A stretch of 64,000 bases of DNA from Coleofasciculus chthonoplastes F2-STO-03 (GCA_040222015.1 JAVJWO010000022.1:1-64000), one strand, 5' to 3'. Positions 42,000 to 51,673 are shown, counted from the first letter of the stretch. Notes: generated from the sequence alone by a model not told the origin. Numbers and translations are program-made.

Positions 42000-42698
42000 C
42001 TATTTTTTCTGCTTGCGCTTGGCGTTCAATAAACCTCCCCCCGCCAATAAACTGGCTAATAAAAATGAGGGTTCTGGAGCCGATGGAGTTTGTGTTGGAG
42101 AAAGGGGTTTTGCCGTTTGGGTAAGATTAAAACTTATAACAGCGTCAACCGATCTTGTTCCTGACAATGGAAGACCTAAGTCAACATAAGGAATAGATAA
42201 CAATACATCTCCTTGACCCGTTACGCTACATGTAGCTGACAAACAGGGTTTAATTTCATTAAAATCATACCTGTCCACAACCATTTCACCTGTGGGTTTG
42301 TCGTAAGCGAAATCAAAATCCGATAGTTTATTATTCTGGAGATCCCAAACAGAACCCATTCCCTGAAAGGAAGTCAGTAAATCATCTTCATAAAAAAATG
42401 ACAAGAATCCTGGAAAGAGATCTGACAAAGTGTCAGAATCATTTTTCCAAGGAATGGTTAACATAGTATCCCCTGCATCAGAGAGTCTTCCGCTAAGGTT
42501 GTCAATATCGAAATCCTGGTCTATGGGTATTATGACCTCATCCCCAGTAACACCGGGTAGAAAAGGCAAATACGACGATTTCACACTAAAAGATCCAGAA
42601 TAGTTGAGATTGGTAACAGTAGCTGCCTCAACCGGAGCCATACACACTGTTCCTAGCGCTATGGCTGTTCCAGCGATCACAATGGATAACCTTTTCAT
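42000..42698 (-). CDS. PEP-CTERM sorting-domain protein
   Basis: Signal peptide; APEPSFLL + TM + KRKQKK; paralog of 40882-41796 (shared GRLSDA and CL..TC.V). Confidence 0.88.
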   Translation of the reverse strand: MKRLSIVIAGTAIALGTVCMAPVEAATVTNLNYSGSFSVKSSYLPFLPGVTGDEVIIPIDQDFDIDNLSGRLSDAGDTMLTIPWKNDSDTLSDLFPGFLSFFYEDDLLTSFQGMGSVWDLQNNKLSDFDFAYDKPTGEMVVDRYDFNEIKPCLSATCSVTGQGDVLLSIPYVDLGLPLSGTRSVDAVISFNLTQTAKPLSPTQTPSAPEPSFLLASLLAGGGLLNAKRKQKK

Positions 42699-42765
42699 AT
42701 TGGGTGTTCTCTGTTATAGATATACGAGTTCTTTCTTAATCTATGAGATGTATAACCCTGATCAG

Positions 42766-42804
42766 GTAAAGTAACCGTGAAGTTTATATAAAGTTTTGAT
42801 GAAT
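42766..42804 (-). promoter_or_regulatory. 11-bp-period direct-repeat array upstream of PEP-CTERM gene 2
   Basis: GTAAAG 42766, GTGAAG 42777, ATAAAG 42788, ATGAAT 42799. Confidence 0.55.
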
Positions 42805-42895
42805 TTTCTGGATTGTCAAATCGTGGGGAGGCGATTGCCCAAAAAAAAGGAGGGGTAGAAGCTGTAACCAAACCTCTACCCAAAGCTACCCATTG

Positions 42896-43066
42896 CTAGA
42901 CATTTTTGGGTAGCTTGCTTCGGTTTCGTGCCATACGCTCTATCGTATCGCTTAGACTGTTAGCTCCAATTCGCTTCTGTTCCTGCTCTAACCAAATAAT
43001 TGCCGTTTCCGTTAAAGTCATTGTGAATCGGCGTTTTGACTCATCATAAATTTTTTTCCTGGGCAT
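42896..43066 (-). CDS. 56-aa ribbon-helix-helix-like microprotein (absent from ORF track)
   Basis: MPRKKIYDESKRRFTMTLTETAIIWLEQEQKRIGANSLSDTIERMARNRSKLPKNV; strand-helix-helix pattern; divergent from tnpB. Confidence 0.7.
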   Translation of the reverse strand: MPRKKIYDESKRRFTMTLTETAIIWLEQEQKRIGANSLSDTIERMARNRSKLPKNV

Positions 43067-43127
43067 CCTGTTTCCTTCTATTATTCATGTATAATACGAG
43101 TATAACAGGTGTTAAACAGGTCGAATC

Positions 43128-43528
43128 ATGCTGTTAGGTTTTAAAACAGAGTTAAAACTTATTTAGCCCAAAACCACAGCCGAATAGGAATAGAGGATCT
43201 TAACGTGTCTGGGATGATGGCTAATCACAAACTGGCGAAAGCTGTTCAAGACATGGGCTTTTATGAGTTCAAACGTCAGCTAGAGTACAAGTGCAAGCTG
43301 TACGGAGCAACGCTGGTTGAGGTTGACCAATGGTATCCCTCAACTAAAACCTGTTCTCGCTGTCATACCGTCAAAGATGAAATGCCTTTATCTGAGCGGG
43401 TTTTCCGGTGCGATAACTGCGGACTGGAAATTGACCGAGATTTTAACGCCTCCATTAATTTGGACAGGTTCCGCCAGTTAGGTGGTATTAGCCTGTGGAC
43501 TGGTAAGGTGCCGACACCGCCAGGATGA
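43128..43528 (+). pseudogene. tnpB: Internally deleted TnpB (RNA-guided nuclease family)
   Basis: N-terminal MLLGFKTELKL joined out of frame to LAQNHSRIGIEDLNV...CSRC...CDNC...DRDFNASIN (RuvC-II, Zn finger, RuvC-III). Confidence 0.85.
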
Positions 43529-43611
43529 AGCAGGAAGTAAGTTCCAAGCATGTCCATTTATGGGTAGCTTTGGGTAGATCTTATGTAACGGAGTTAGCTC
43601 CCTCGCCTATA
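43470..43611 (+). ncRNA. Putative TnpB omega-RNA scaffold plus flanking guide
   Basis: Spans the tnpB 3' end to the element right end; GCCTGTGGA...GAAGCAGGAA pattern. Confidence 0.5.
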
Positions 43612-43628
43612 ATACAAATGTTCTATTT

Positions 43629-44643
43629 TCAGACTGACGATTTTTTCTGCTTGCGCTTGGCGGCAAACATGCCACCCGCCGCCAATAGGCTTCCTAGTAT
43701 AAAGGAAGGTTCAGGTGCCTCTTCCACTTCCGCATTACTGGTTAGCTCAGGATCGTAGATACCTGTATGAGACATCATATCCCCCTGTTCAAGCAACCCA
43801 GATTCTGCGGCGCTGAAGCTGTAGTGGTACGTTGTCTCTCCCTCGTAGTCAATCTTGACGAGTTCAGCCGCTTGTACAGGTTTCCCGTCCAAGAATATTG
43901 ACAATAGACCTTTGTGCTGATCAGTGAGACCATCAAAAATCAGATCAACGGCATCATAGTGACCTGTTAGCCCAACTTCTAGAGCTCCCGTCATATCATC
44001 CATGTCAACATAGGCAATATTCGGATCGCTGAATCGTTGAAATCCACCGTTATCCCGGAATTGGTTGAACAGAGTCGTTTTATTACTGGGAATTTTATTG
44101 ACGAAGGTATTCGCCATCTCCAGCAGTTGATTATCGATACCATAGGAGGTTAAAGCTGCCTCGAACCACTCATTCGCCAAATTATTGACTCCATAGCTAG
44201 TATCCAAGGTTTCCCCAAACCAATCTGTTGCCGTCAAACTGCTCAGGGTAATGCTTTTGTCCCCAAGATCTCCCGTTAAGCTAGTCACCGTGGTGTAATC
44301 CAAGAATTCATCAAAGGATAGTCGTTCACTATTGGCGAATAACTCAACATTGCCCCCCGGTTCACCTTTTTTACAACTGTTACTGGGAACGAACGCTCCT
44401 CCAACCGAGCAACTTCCTTGCAGAACTGTTTCCAAATCTGCATCGTTGTTGAGCCTTGTAAAATCTGTACTCGCTGTAGGCTCGGGATTGGGGACATGTT
44501 CGTAGATGAAATAGTCTACTCCCTTTTCACCGATCACTTGAGGGTTAGTCAGAGATGCAGCCGACGCTGGATTAGCGGCGATCGCACTGACACATAAGGC
44601 AACTGATGCCCCGACGAGCAGTTTCTGGATATTTGTTTTCATT
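43629..44643 (-). CDS. PEP-CTERM protein (NF038130-like family)
   Basis: Signal peptide; PGGNVELFA.SE, LSSLT..DWF, GGFQRFSDPNI.YV and GHYDA motifs; APEPS + TM + KRKQKK. Confidence 0.88.
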
Positions 44644-44810
44644 GCAGTATCTCCGTGACTTGACAGGTTGAGCCTTCTTAAAAGCACATACACAGGGTTA
44701 GGCTTTGGCTAACCCTCTCTTGGCTCTAATAACCTCTGGTCATCCCTTAACAGGCAATATCTTCAGCTCTTGAGCTTTCCGCGCCTGTACACAAATTTCC
44801 TCATCTATTT

Positions 44811-44859
44811 ATAAAGCTTACATGAAGTTTCGCGAAAAAGCGATAAAGTTTCGATGAAG
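44811..44859 (-). promoter_or_regulatory. Approximately 11-bp-period direct-repeat array upstream of PEP-CTERM gene 3
   Basis: ATAAAG 44811, ATGAAG 44822, ATAAAG 44843, ATGAAG 44854. Confidence 0.5.
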
Positions 44860-45004
44860 TTGTAGCCATTTTTTTTTATATGTGCTAATAAACACTCAAT
44901 AACTAAATATATATAAATTAATCTAGCAATCTGTATACCTTGAGTGGTATATTGCCACCGAAGTATGCATACTCACTGACAAAAATCAGATCTTCAAACC
45001 GCAA

Positions 45005-45024
45005 AGGGAGCCAAAAGGCTCCCT
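45005..45024 (-). terminator. Intrinsic terminator-like hairpin after PEP-CTERM gene 4
   Basis: AGGGAGCC-AAAA-GGCTCCCT stem-loop. Confidence 0.6.
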
Positions 45025-45071
45025 AAAAACTGATCGAATTGTCCCAAGCGCCTATCTCAGCGACATTTGAC

Positions 45072-45971
45072 CTAAGATTTTTTGCTCTGACGTTTAGCGG
45101 CGACTAAACCACCTACGCCAATTAAGCCGAGTAGAATCGACGGTTCTGGCACATCAACTGGATCATCAAGCGTAAACTGTGGATCATAGACTCCAGTGTG
45201 CGATCGCGTGCCATCGTTGGATGAAAGGGTAGATATAGCCGCACTGAAGGTATAAGCATAAGTGGTTCTACCGTTATGGGTCACTTTAACCACCTCACTG
45301 GCTTGCAATGGTATCTCAAATTGTGTGGAAGAGACGCCTAATAACATCTGTCTCGCGTCATAGTGACCCGCTAAACCAATATCCACTGTGCCGTTATCGT
45401 TATTGACGTAGCTGATATTCGCGTCACTGAACCGTTGGAATCCACCGCTGTTCAGGAATAGGTTGTAGAGAAGTGGACTATTAGCAATACCATAAGCACT
45501 CAGAGCATCATTAAACCATCTATTGGCTAATGTATTTGCTCCATAGCCAGTATTTAAGTCCTCTCCGAACCAGTCCACTGCCGTGAGGCTACTAAGGGTC
45601 ATGCTTCTACCATCATCAAACGTCGCGTCTAAACTGGTAACGTCCTGATGCGCTAAAAATTGATTTAGGTTTAGTTGTTCGCTGCTGGCGAATAATTCTA
45701 GGTTTCCACCGGGTTCACCGGGTTGACATTGATATTGAGGCTCATAGGCGGGAACACTGCAATTTCCTTGTAGGAGAGCATTGATATCGGCGTTTGGATT
45801 GGCTACTGTTGTATCCGGTATACCATCATTATTCGTATCGATCGCTTCATATTTAATAATGTCTGCACCAGAGAGAGTAAACGTTGTTGCAGCAGCTGGG
45901 GCAGTAGCAAGCCCAGTCACACTGGCAATAATTGATGCGCCAAACAGTAGTTTATTCAGATTGCTTTTCAT
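45072..45971 (-). CDS. PEP-CTERM protein (NF038130-like family)
   Basis: Paralog of 43629-44643; VPEPSILLGL + TM + KRQSKKS. Confidence 0.9.
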   Translation of the reverse strand: MKSNLNKLLFGASIIASVTGLATAPAAATTFTLSGADIIKYEAIDTNNDGIPDTTVANPNADINALLQGNCSVPAYEPQYQCQPGEPGGNLELFASSEQLNLNQFLAHQDVTSLDATFDDGRSMTLSSLTAVDWFGEDLNTGYGANTLANRWFNDALSAYGIANSPLLYNLFLNSGGFQRFSDANISYVNNDNGTVDIGLAGHYDARQMLLGVSSTQFEIPLQASEVVKVTHNGRTTYAYTFSAAISTLSSNDGTRSHTGVYDPQFTLDDPVDVPEPSILLGLIGVGGLVAAKRQSKKS

Positions 45972-46208
45972 GATTTTTTCCTTACTTAACTATTGAGTGT
46001 TTACCAGTCTTAAGGATTATAAAATTTCGCTTCGCATGGCAATGTATTCGCCATTTAAATCCTAGATTTCAGCAAATAATAAGACGACATAAGCCTTTCC
46101 AGTTGGCGAAATTTTATCGATTCGCTGGGTTGCAATTTTCTCCTTACTTGTCAAACCCAGCCTGCTCTCAGATATCTTTTATTATAGAAATACCGACTCC
46201 TAAAATGG

Positions 46209-46257
46209 GTGAAGCCTGTGTAAAACTTCTATAGGCTTCTGTGAAGATTTTGAGAAA
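46209..46257 (-). promoter_or_regulatory. Approximately 11-bp-period direct-repeat array upstream of PEP-CTERM gene 4
   Basis: GTGAAG 46209, GTAAAA 46220, ATAGGC 46231, GTGAAG 46241. Confidence 0.45.
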
Positions 46258-46692
46258 ATCAGGAAAACCTGGTGCAGCGCGGCAGAAATAACTATCCCCT
46301 TGAAAAAGGTGCAACAGCTTACTGTACAAGCTTTATTTCCTTCTGTCTCCTGTGTTTTGCCTTCTTGCATTAGAGATTTAGGAAGAGTTAAATAGGGAAA
46401 AAAATGCCTGAATTTTTAATTTTTGTAACTATTTATCCCAGTTCACTGGCAAAAATATTGAGATTTATGAATCATTCGATCATGTCCTTCTCGTCAGTGA
46501 TTATTCCCTTTTACCTTGCAACCTTGTAGTGTGAACATCTTGCTCGCTACCCATTCCCAATCTAAATGCATGACAGCTTAATCTTGTCAAAATCTGGCGC
46601 GGGAACCTAGGATATCAGATTGAATACGCTGAATTAAGCGTTTTTAGCATTAAAGCGCAACTACGAAATCTATCTCAATGTTGAAAATAATT

Positions 46693-46917
46693 CTAATCTT
46701 CAACAATTTCAATTAATTTGGTTTTAGACGACAACCCTGATTTAATCTGAATTTGAGACTTGGTAACGTTGAACTTTTCTGCCAATAACTTAATTAACTC
46801 CTTATTCGCTTTCCCATCCACAGGCGGCGACTTGAGGTTCACTTTTAAAGTCCCATCCGCCATTTCTTCTATCAATTGGGTTTTAGAATTGGGTTTAACT
46901 TTCACCGTTTTTTTCAT
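46693..46917 (-). CDS. DUF167 (YggU-like) protein
   Basis: [19 protein letters not shown] and I.SG.SSK.K motifs. Confidence 0.9.
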   Translation of the reverse strand: MKKTVKVKPNSKTQLIEEMADGTLKVNLKSPPVDGKANKELIKLLAEKFNVTKSQIQIKSGLSSKTKLIEIVED

Positions 46918-47098
46918 ATCCACCTGCAGGGATGACCCGCTTGCATTAATGAACAACACCATGGGGGAGAACTCAAAGCCTCTCTCCTTGCAGGAGAGAG
47001 GTTTGGAGAGAGGTATTCCAGATCCCGTGAAAAGTAAGCCCTTGTCAAGGGGAGGAAACTCGAATGGTTTTAGTCGGGAGGTTTATCCTACTAATGAA

Positions 47099-50000
47099 TT
47101 ATGCATTCGGTGTCTGTTCCGGGAACATACATTTATCCGAATCACAACCCACGGGTCCAGCTTCGATTAATTCACCTGCATCATAGTTCTCCAAAGCTGG
47201 ATAGAATTCAGGCATCTTCCGTCGCTGTTGTACCTCTTGCATCAATTGTTCATAAGTCGCTTTATCAATCGGTTCAAAGGGTAAACGGGGGAAGGATTGA
47301 TGATCATCAAACCGCGCCAATAGCGCCGCTGAAATATACCCGTCATCATCCTGAATCGCTTGATAAATCCGTTCTCCTAACGGTTCAATTTCATTAACGC
47401 GCAATTCCCAGGTGGAAGAGGTGTTGTGTGTCACATACCAGCGCTGAACTTGCATGGCAAAATCCATTTGTGCCAATGCCGAAAACTGACTGATATCAAT
47501 TTCATCGGCACCGGGTAAATCTGCCCAGGATACAGCCACGGGAATTTCCACCAACCATTCTGAACAGGCTTCAGCAAAGGGATCATTTAAGAGATTCCCA
47601 TTTTCATCTTTATCCGATTGGGATGGCGTGACATTGTATCCGTAATCCAGACAAGCTAATGCTACGGGATCATTCTTTCTGAACGTAATTCGGCGAATAA
47701 ATCGCTGTGCCTTAGGGGGATGCCAACCCGGAGATGCGCCTGTAAGTAGAGATTTTGTCCCAGACGGTTGAACGGTTGTACAACGATTGGGGCGTTTAAT
47801 CCCATGCTTATCGCAATACTCCCACACCACCCGATGGACAATATCGCGCCAGCGGGTTAAATAGGCTTTTTCTTGTTCCTTAAACTGCACCCCTTCAACA
47901 GTATCTGGGCGCCCTTCTGCCCACCAGTGTAACCATTCTGCGCCAAAGGCTTTGACAAAGAAGTCAAATAGTCCGGTGAAGGATACGCCGACAATTGGGT
48001 CTAATTCCCGTGATTTTTGATAGCGTTCCTCAACAAACTGATGGTTGAGCAAAATGGCAACGGAAAGCGCTCCCGCACTGAATGCCTCCTCTTGTTCTTT
48101 TTCGTTATTCGGATCAATTTGATTTAGGTGAATTTCGGCTAAATTACAATGGAATACGGAACCAATAATTTCACCGCAATTGTGCGCCACAATGCCATTA
48201 GCATCGAACCGAGAGACACCTGGAACGGTGCAATCGTAAACGGGTTCGATACCAGTAGGAGACACAGATTCAACGGTGACAACAAAGCGTTCCCGATTTA
48301 GCTGACGCTGGTATCCGTTGAGTAAATTATCCAACTCTTGCTGTTTTTCCGGCTGACGGAAACCCACGCGATCGCGAAACTCAATCAGGTTGTCGTTAGC
48401 AATCACCAATTCGGGCTTTTCGGGATAATCTTCCGTGTCACTATTTTGAGAAACAGTGGAAACAATGCCTAAGCGCAGCAGCATCCGCTGTACGGCTGGC
48501 AGTAACTCAAGATTACGTTGGGCTAAACGCACGCTAATGCCTTGAGTGGGCGTTCCTTGCACGTTACCATTGGCATCAAATAACCCTTGTAGGAATCCCT
48601 GATAAAACTCGTAGCTGGCTTGTTCAACTTCCGGCGTCACTATTTTTTGACCACCATTAATATTGAACTGGGCGGCTAGTTGTTCCAGATCACTCGACGC
48701 CACTTGCTGTAAATCCGGTTGGCGAGCAGAATCACCCCCTAAATTTACAGTACAAACACCATTGTTCTGGAGGGTTGCTACTTCAGACTCTGCCATTTTG
48801 ACCTGAGAGTTACCCCAGAATCGCACTATTGCCTGAGTTTGGGCGAGTGATCCATTACTGACGAGACTCCCTAATAACCATCCTTGGGTAAATGTTCCCA
48901 CACCTTGCCAAGGCTGAATTCCTCGGTGATTGTGCAAGCAGACGCGATCGCCTCTTTTCAATTCCTCAGCCGCAACCCATTCAGTATATTGACGCTTTTG
49001 GGTTTGGGCGCTAATACGTAAAAGTTGATGGTTCCCTGTCAAACGTAGGGAAACCCCCTCTTTTGTGGCTAGGGTTAAGACAGCGCGATCGCCCGTATAG
49101 AAAAAGCCATCGGCTGTTGTGCTAAACAGTTCCCCATTAACGTAAGTTCCATGTTGTTTCCCGATTAAATCTTTAACTTGGCGGGGACCAAATTCCGTAT
49201 GCACCCAAGTATCCGCCGTCACGCAGGGATTTAAGCCAAACCGCTGCAAGCGATGCTCAATTTCATCGGGTGTCAAATTCGGATACTTTTCCTGTAACCA
49301 GTGACTCGCTTTTCCTTGTTCGTAGGCTTGCAGAAACTCTTTTCTCAAGGCTTGAGTTGTTAACAAATCACAACTTGCTCGTGCTACGGCTTCTCCCGCC
49401 CATTGAATCGCACCTTCACCAGAATAATATTGTTTGCGAACTGCTGCAATACATTCATCTAAGGTGGGTTTATGATGAAAAACACGGGAATGATTCGCCA
49501 TCCTCAACGCATCACGTTCCGGATCAATCCGCCAATTTCCATGTTCATCTTGTTGCCACAGGTTATCTTTAGCATTGACAAACTTTTCATCATTACTAAT
49601 CCCCTGGCGCATACCGGCAGAACGACGCACGTTTCCGGCTACAACCACAACAGCAGCTTCATCAATTAATAGACAGCATTCGACTGAATTTAATTGTCGT
49701 CCCACGGCTTTATTTAAAATTGCCGCACATCGCTGATACAGTTCTGGTAATTTAACCGGATTTGCCACCCCGCCAAAGCCTTTTAAGGATTCTCCGGCGG
49801 GACGGATATCACTCACATTAATGGATACCTGAACTTCACCAGAAAATTGTTCATCTGCAGATAATTCCAGCAGGGTTTGATAGGACTGAACCCACCCTTG
49901 ACGGGAGTCCCCGACATAAATTTTTACCTGATTCCCATCAATTTTGACCTCAGTTTTCTCCCGCCGTTCCTCTGGTGGCGTTGTGCCAATTTCCCCCGCT

Positions 50001-50443
50001 AAGATTACATTTAAGTGATTACGAATTGGGGGTAACTGGTTAATGTATTGGGGTTCCAAAACCGCCCCTGTGCCACATCCCATCATGGCGAGGTCCATCA
50101 TTAAGCCAAAGGCACGCCAATCTAACACATTTGTGGACGTACAATTGTAAGCGCCAGAGAAATTTTCCGGATTTTCCAGCCAATTTGTGCCTCCGACCCA
50201 CAACCAGCGCCCTGAGGGTAAACTTTTAATCTGGTGCATCATCCGTTCCAGCAGGGCGGTTTCTGCGGGAGTCAGCTTACCCAGTTTGCTTAAGCCTTGG
50301 ATAGTGCGATCGCACACCTCCCTCCACGTCTCTCTACCCTTGGCTGTGCGGCGGCTGTAGGTTCTGAAAAACACTGGATTTGCCGTCGATGCCGTTTCCG
50401 GAAAATCACCATTGATGCGTTTTCGCTCAAGCTCTCTTACCAT
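47099..50443 (-). CDS. nrdJ: Class II (B12-dependent) ribonucleotide reductase with intein
   Basis: PSGRWLW, AYNCT, AGNVRRSA, GLNP|CGEI split by the intein, TVQPSGTKS, C-terminal CDSDKC. Confidence 0.95.
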   Translation of the reverse strand: MVRELERKRINGDFPETASTANPVFFRTYSRRTAKGRETWREVCDRTIQGLSKLGKLTPAETALLERMMHQIKSLPSGRWLWVGGTNWLENPENFSGAYNCTSTNVLDWRAFGLMMDLAMMGCGTGAVLEPQYINQLPPIRNHLNVILAGEIGTTPPEERREKTEVKIDGNQVKIYVGDSRQGWVQSYQTLLELSADEQFSGEVQVSINVSDIRPAGESLKGFGGVANPVKLPELYQRCAAILNKAVGRQLNSVECCLLIDEAAVVVVAGNVRRSAGMRQGISNDEKFVNAKDNLWQQDEHGNWRIDPERDALRMANHSRVFHHKPTLDECIAAVRKQYYSGEGAIQWAGEAVARASCDLLTTQALRKEFLQAYEQGKASHWLQEKYPNLTPDEIEHRLQRFGLNPCVTADTWVHTEFGPRQVKDLIGKQHGTYVNGELFSTTADGFFYTGDRAVLTLATKEGVSLRLTGNHQLLRISAQTQKRQYTEWVAAEELKRGDRVCLHNHRGIQPWQGVGTFTQGWLLGSLVSNGSLAQTQAIVRFWGNSQVKMAESEVATLQNNGVCTVNLGGDSARQPDLQQVASSDLEQLAAQFNINGGQKIVTPEVEQASYEFYQGFLQGLFDANGNVQGTPTQGISVRLAQRNLELLPAVQRMLLRLGIVSTVSQNSDTEDYPEKPELVIANDNLIEFRDRVGFRQPEKQQELDNLLNGYQRQLNRERFVVTVESVSPTGIEPVYDCTVPGVSRFDANGIVAHNCGEIIGSVFHCNLAEIHLNQIDPNNEKEQEEAFSAGALSVAILLNHQFVEERYQKSRELDPIVGVSFTGLFDFFVKAFGAEWLHWWAEGRPDTVEGVQFKEQEKAYLTRWRDIVHRVVWEYCDKHGIKRPNRCTTVQPSGTKSLLTGASPGWHPPKAQRFIRRITFRKNDPVALACLDYGYNVTPSQSDKDENGNLLNDPFAEACSEWLVEIPVAVSWADLPGADEIDISQFSALAQMDFAMQVQRWYVTHNTSSTWELRVNEIEPLGERIYQAIQDDDGYISAALLARFDDHQSFPRLPFEPIDKATYEQLMQEVQQRRKMPEFYPALENYDAGELIEAGPVGCDSDKCMFPEQTPNA
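48179..49225 (-). mobile_element. Intein (349 aa) with LAGLIDADG-type endonuclease domain in nrdJ
   Basis: Begins CVTADT after GLNP; TGNH block B; ends VYD...GIVAHN before the catalytic Cys of CGEI. Confidence 0.93.
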
Positions 50444-50725
50444 CGTGATAATCTACTGTTAATTTCCGCTAAACCTTGACTATAAGTGATGTCAGATATA
50501 GCGTCAAAGCTTGAAAAATTAATCCGTTTGCGCTATGTGTAGTACGTCTGGGAAGTTTTGAGTTTTGATCCTTCGCTTCGCTCAAGGGATAAAGTTTGTA
50601 GGGGCGGGTTTAGGGACAAACATGAATTGTTTTACCTAACTTTTTTGGCAAAACCCGTCCTTATTCAATTTTGAGTGAACTCCCCCATCTCTCCATCTCC
50701 CCATCACCCCATCTCCCCTGCACCA

Positions 50726-51673
50726 TCAAAAACCACGAGTCACCTGATCCAACTGTTCCACCTCTTCAGGCGTTAAACTCCACCCCAACGCCCCAGCATT
50801 TTCCTGGGCTTGCTGGGCAGTTTTCGCGCCCGGAATTGGCACTACCCCTTGGGCAATTAACCAATTTAACGCTACCTGTGCAGGCGTGCGATCGTATTTT
50901 TCCCCCAATTGATGCAACAGTTTAATCACAGGCGCAATCTTCTCCAACCCCCCTTTACTGAAACGCGGATCAAGACTACGCGCCCCTGTGGGTTTCACGT
51001 AATTTTCCGGGGTATACTTCCCGGTTAATAATCCTTGGGCTAAAGGACTATACGCCAAAATCGTCACCCCCAACTCCCGCGCTGTATCCAAAACCCCATT
51101 CCGTTCAATTTTCCGCTCCAGTAGGGAATATTGCACCTGATTCACCGCCAAAGGAATTCCTCTGGCGGCTAGATAACCGTGCGCTTCCCGCATTTGTTCG
51201 GCGGAGTAATTACTCACCCCCACCGTGGCGATTCTCCCCCGTTGCACTTCATCCGCCAGGGCATTCATTAAGGTTTCTTGACTCATAAAGAAGCTAAAGG
51301 GAGAATGAACCTGATACAGTTCTATTTGCTCAACCTGTAACCGTTTTAGGCTAGCCGTTAAAGCGTCAGACACGGACTGTGACGTAAACCGCCAGGGCAC
51401 CGGGAAGTATTTTGTGGCTATCTGGGCTGGACGTCCGAATTCTTTCATAAACCGTCCCAACAGTGATTCGGATTCTCCCAATCCGTACACTTCCGCCGTG
51501 TCAAAAAAGCTGACTCCCGCATCTAGGGTAGCGGCAAAGGCGTCTCTCACCTGAGATACCCCATAATCTTTGCCGTAGCCCCAAAACAGCGTATCGCCCC
51601 ACGCCCAAGTCCCAATACCGACGCTGGTTACGGTGGGACCATTTTCAGCTAAGGTGGTTGTCTGTATCGTCAT
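50726..51673 (-). CDS. Aldo/keto reductase
   Basis: GTWAWG, DTAEVYG.G.SE, GVSNY, AYSPLAQG and PIPGAK motifs. Confidence 0.93.
   Translation of the reverse strand: MTIQTTTLAENGPTVTSVGIGTWAWGDTLFWGYGKDYGVSQVRDAFAATLDAGVSFFDTAEVYGLGESESLLGRFMKEFGRPAQIATKYFPVPWRFTSQSVSDALTASLKRLQVEQIELYQVHSPFSFFMSQETLMNALADEVQRGRIATVGVSNYSAEQMREAHGYLAARGIPLAVNQVQYSLLERKIERNGVLDTARELGVTILAYSPLAQGLLTGKYTPENYVKPTGARSLDPRFSKGGLEKIAPVIKLLHQLGEKYDRTPAQVALNWLIAQGVVPIPGAKTAQQAQENAGALGWSLTPEEVEQLDQVTRGF

Larger units (their letters stand above)
42855..43591 (+). mobile_element. Non-autonomous IS607-like tnpB element
   Basis: 19-bp subterminal IR TCTACCCAAAGCTACCCAT (42875-42893) / ATGGGTAGCTTTGGGTAGA (43560-43578); GG at both junctions; contains a tnpB remnant. 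Confidence 0.8.

Noticed and set aside
43205..43528. Functional 107-aa mini-TnpB nuclease
   Set aside because: Lacks RuvC-I, WED and REC regions; it is the tail of a deleted gene
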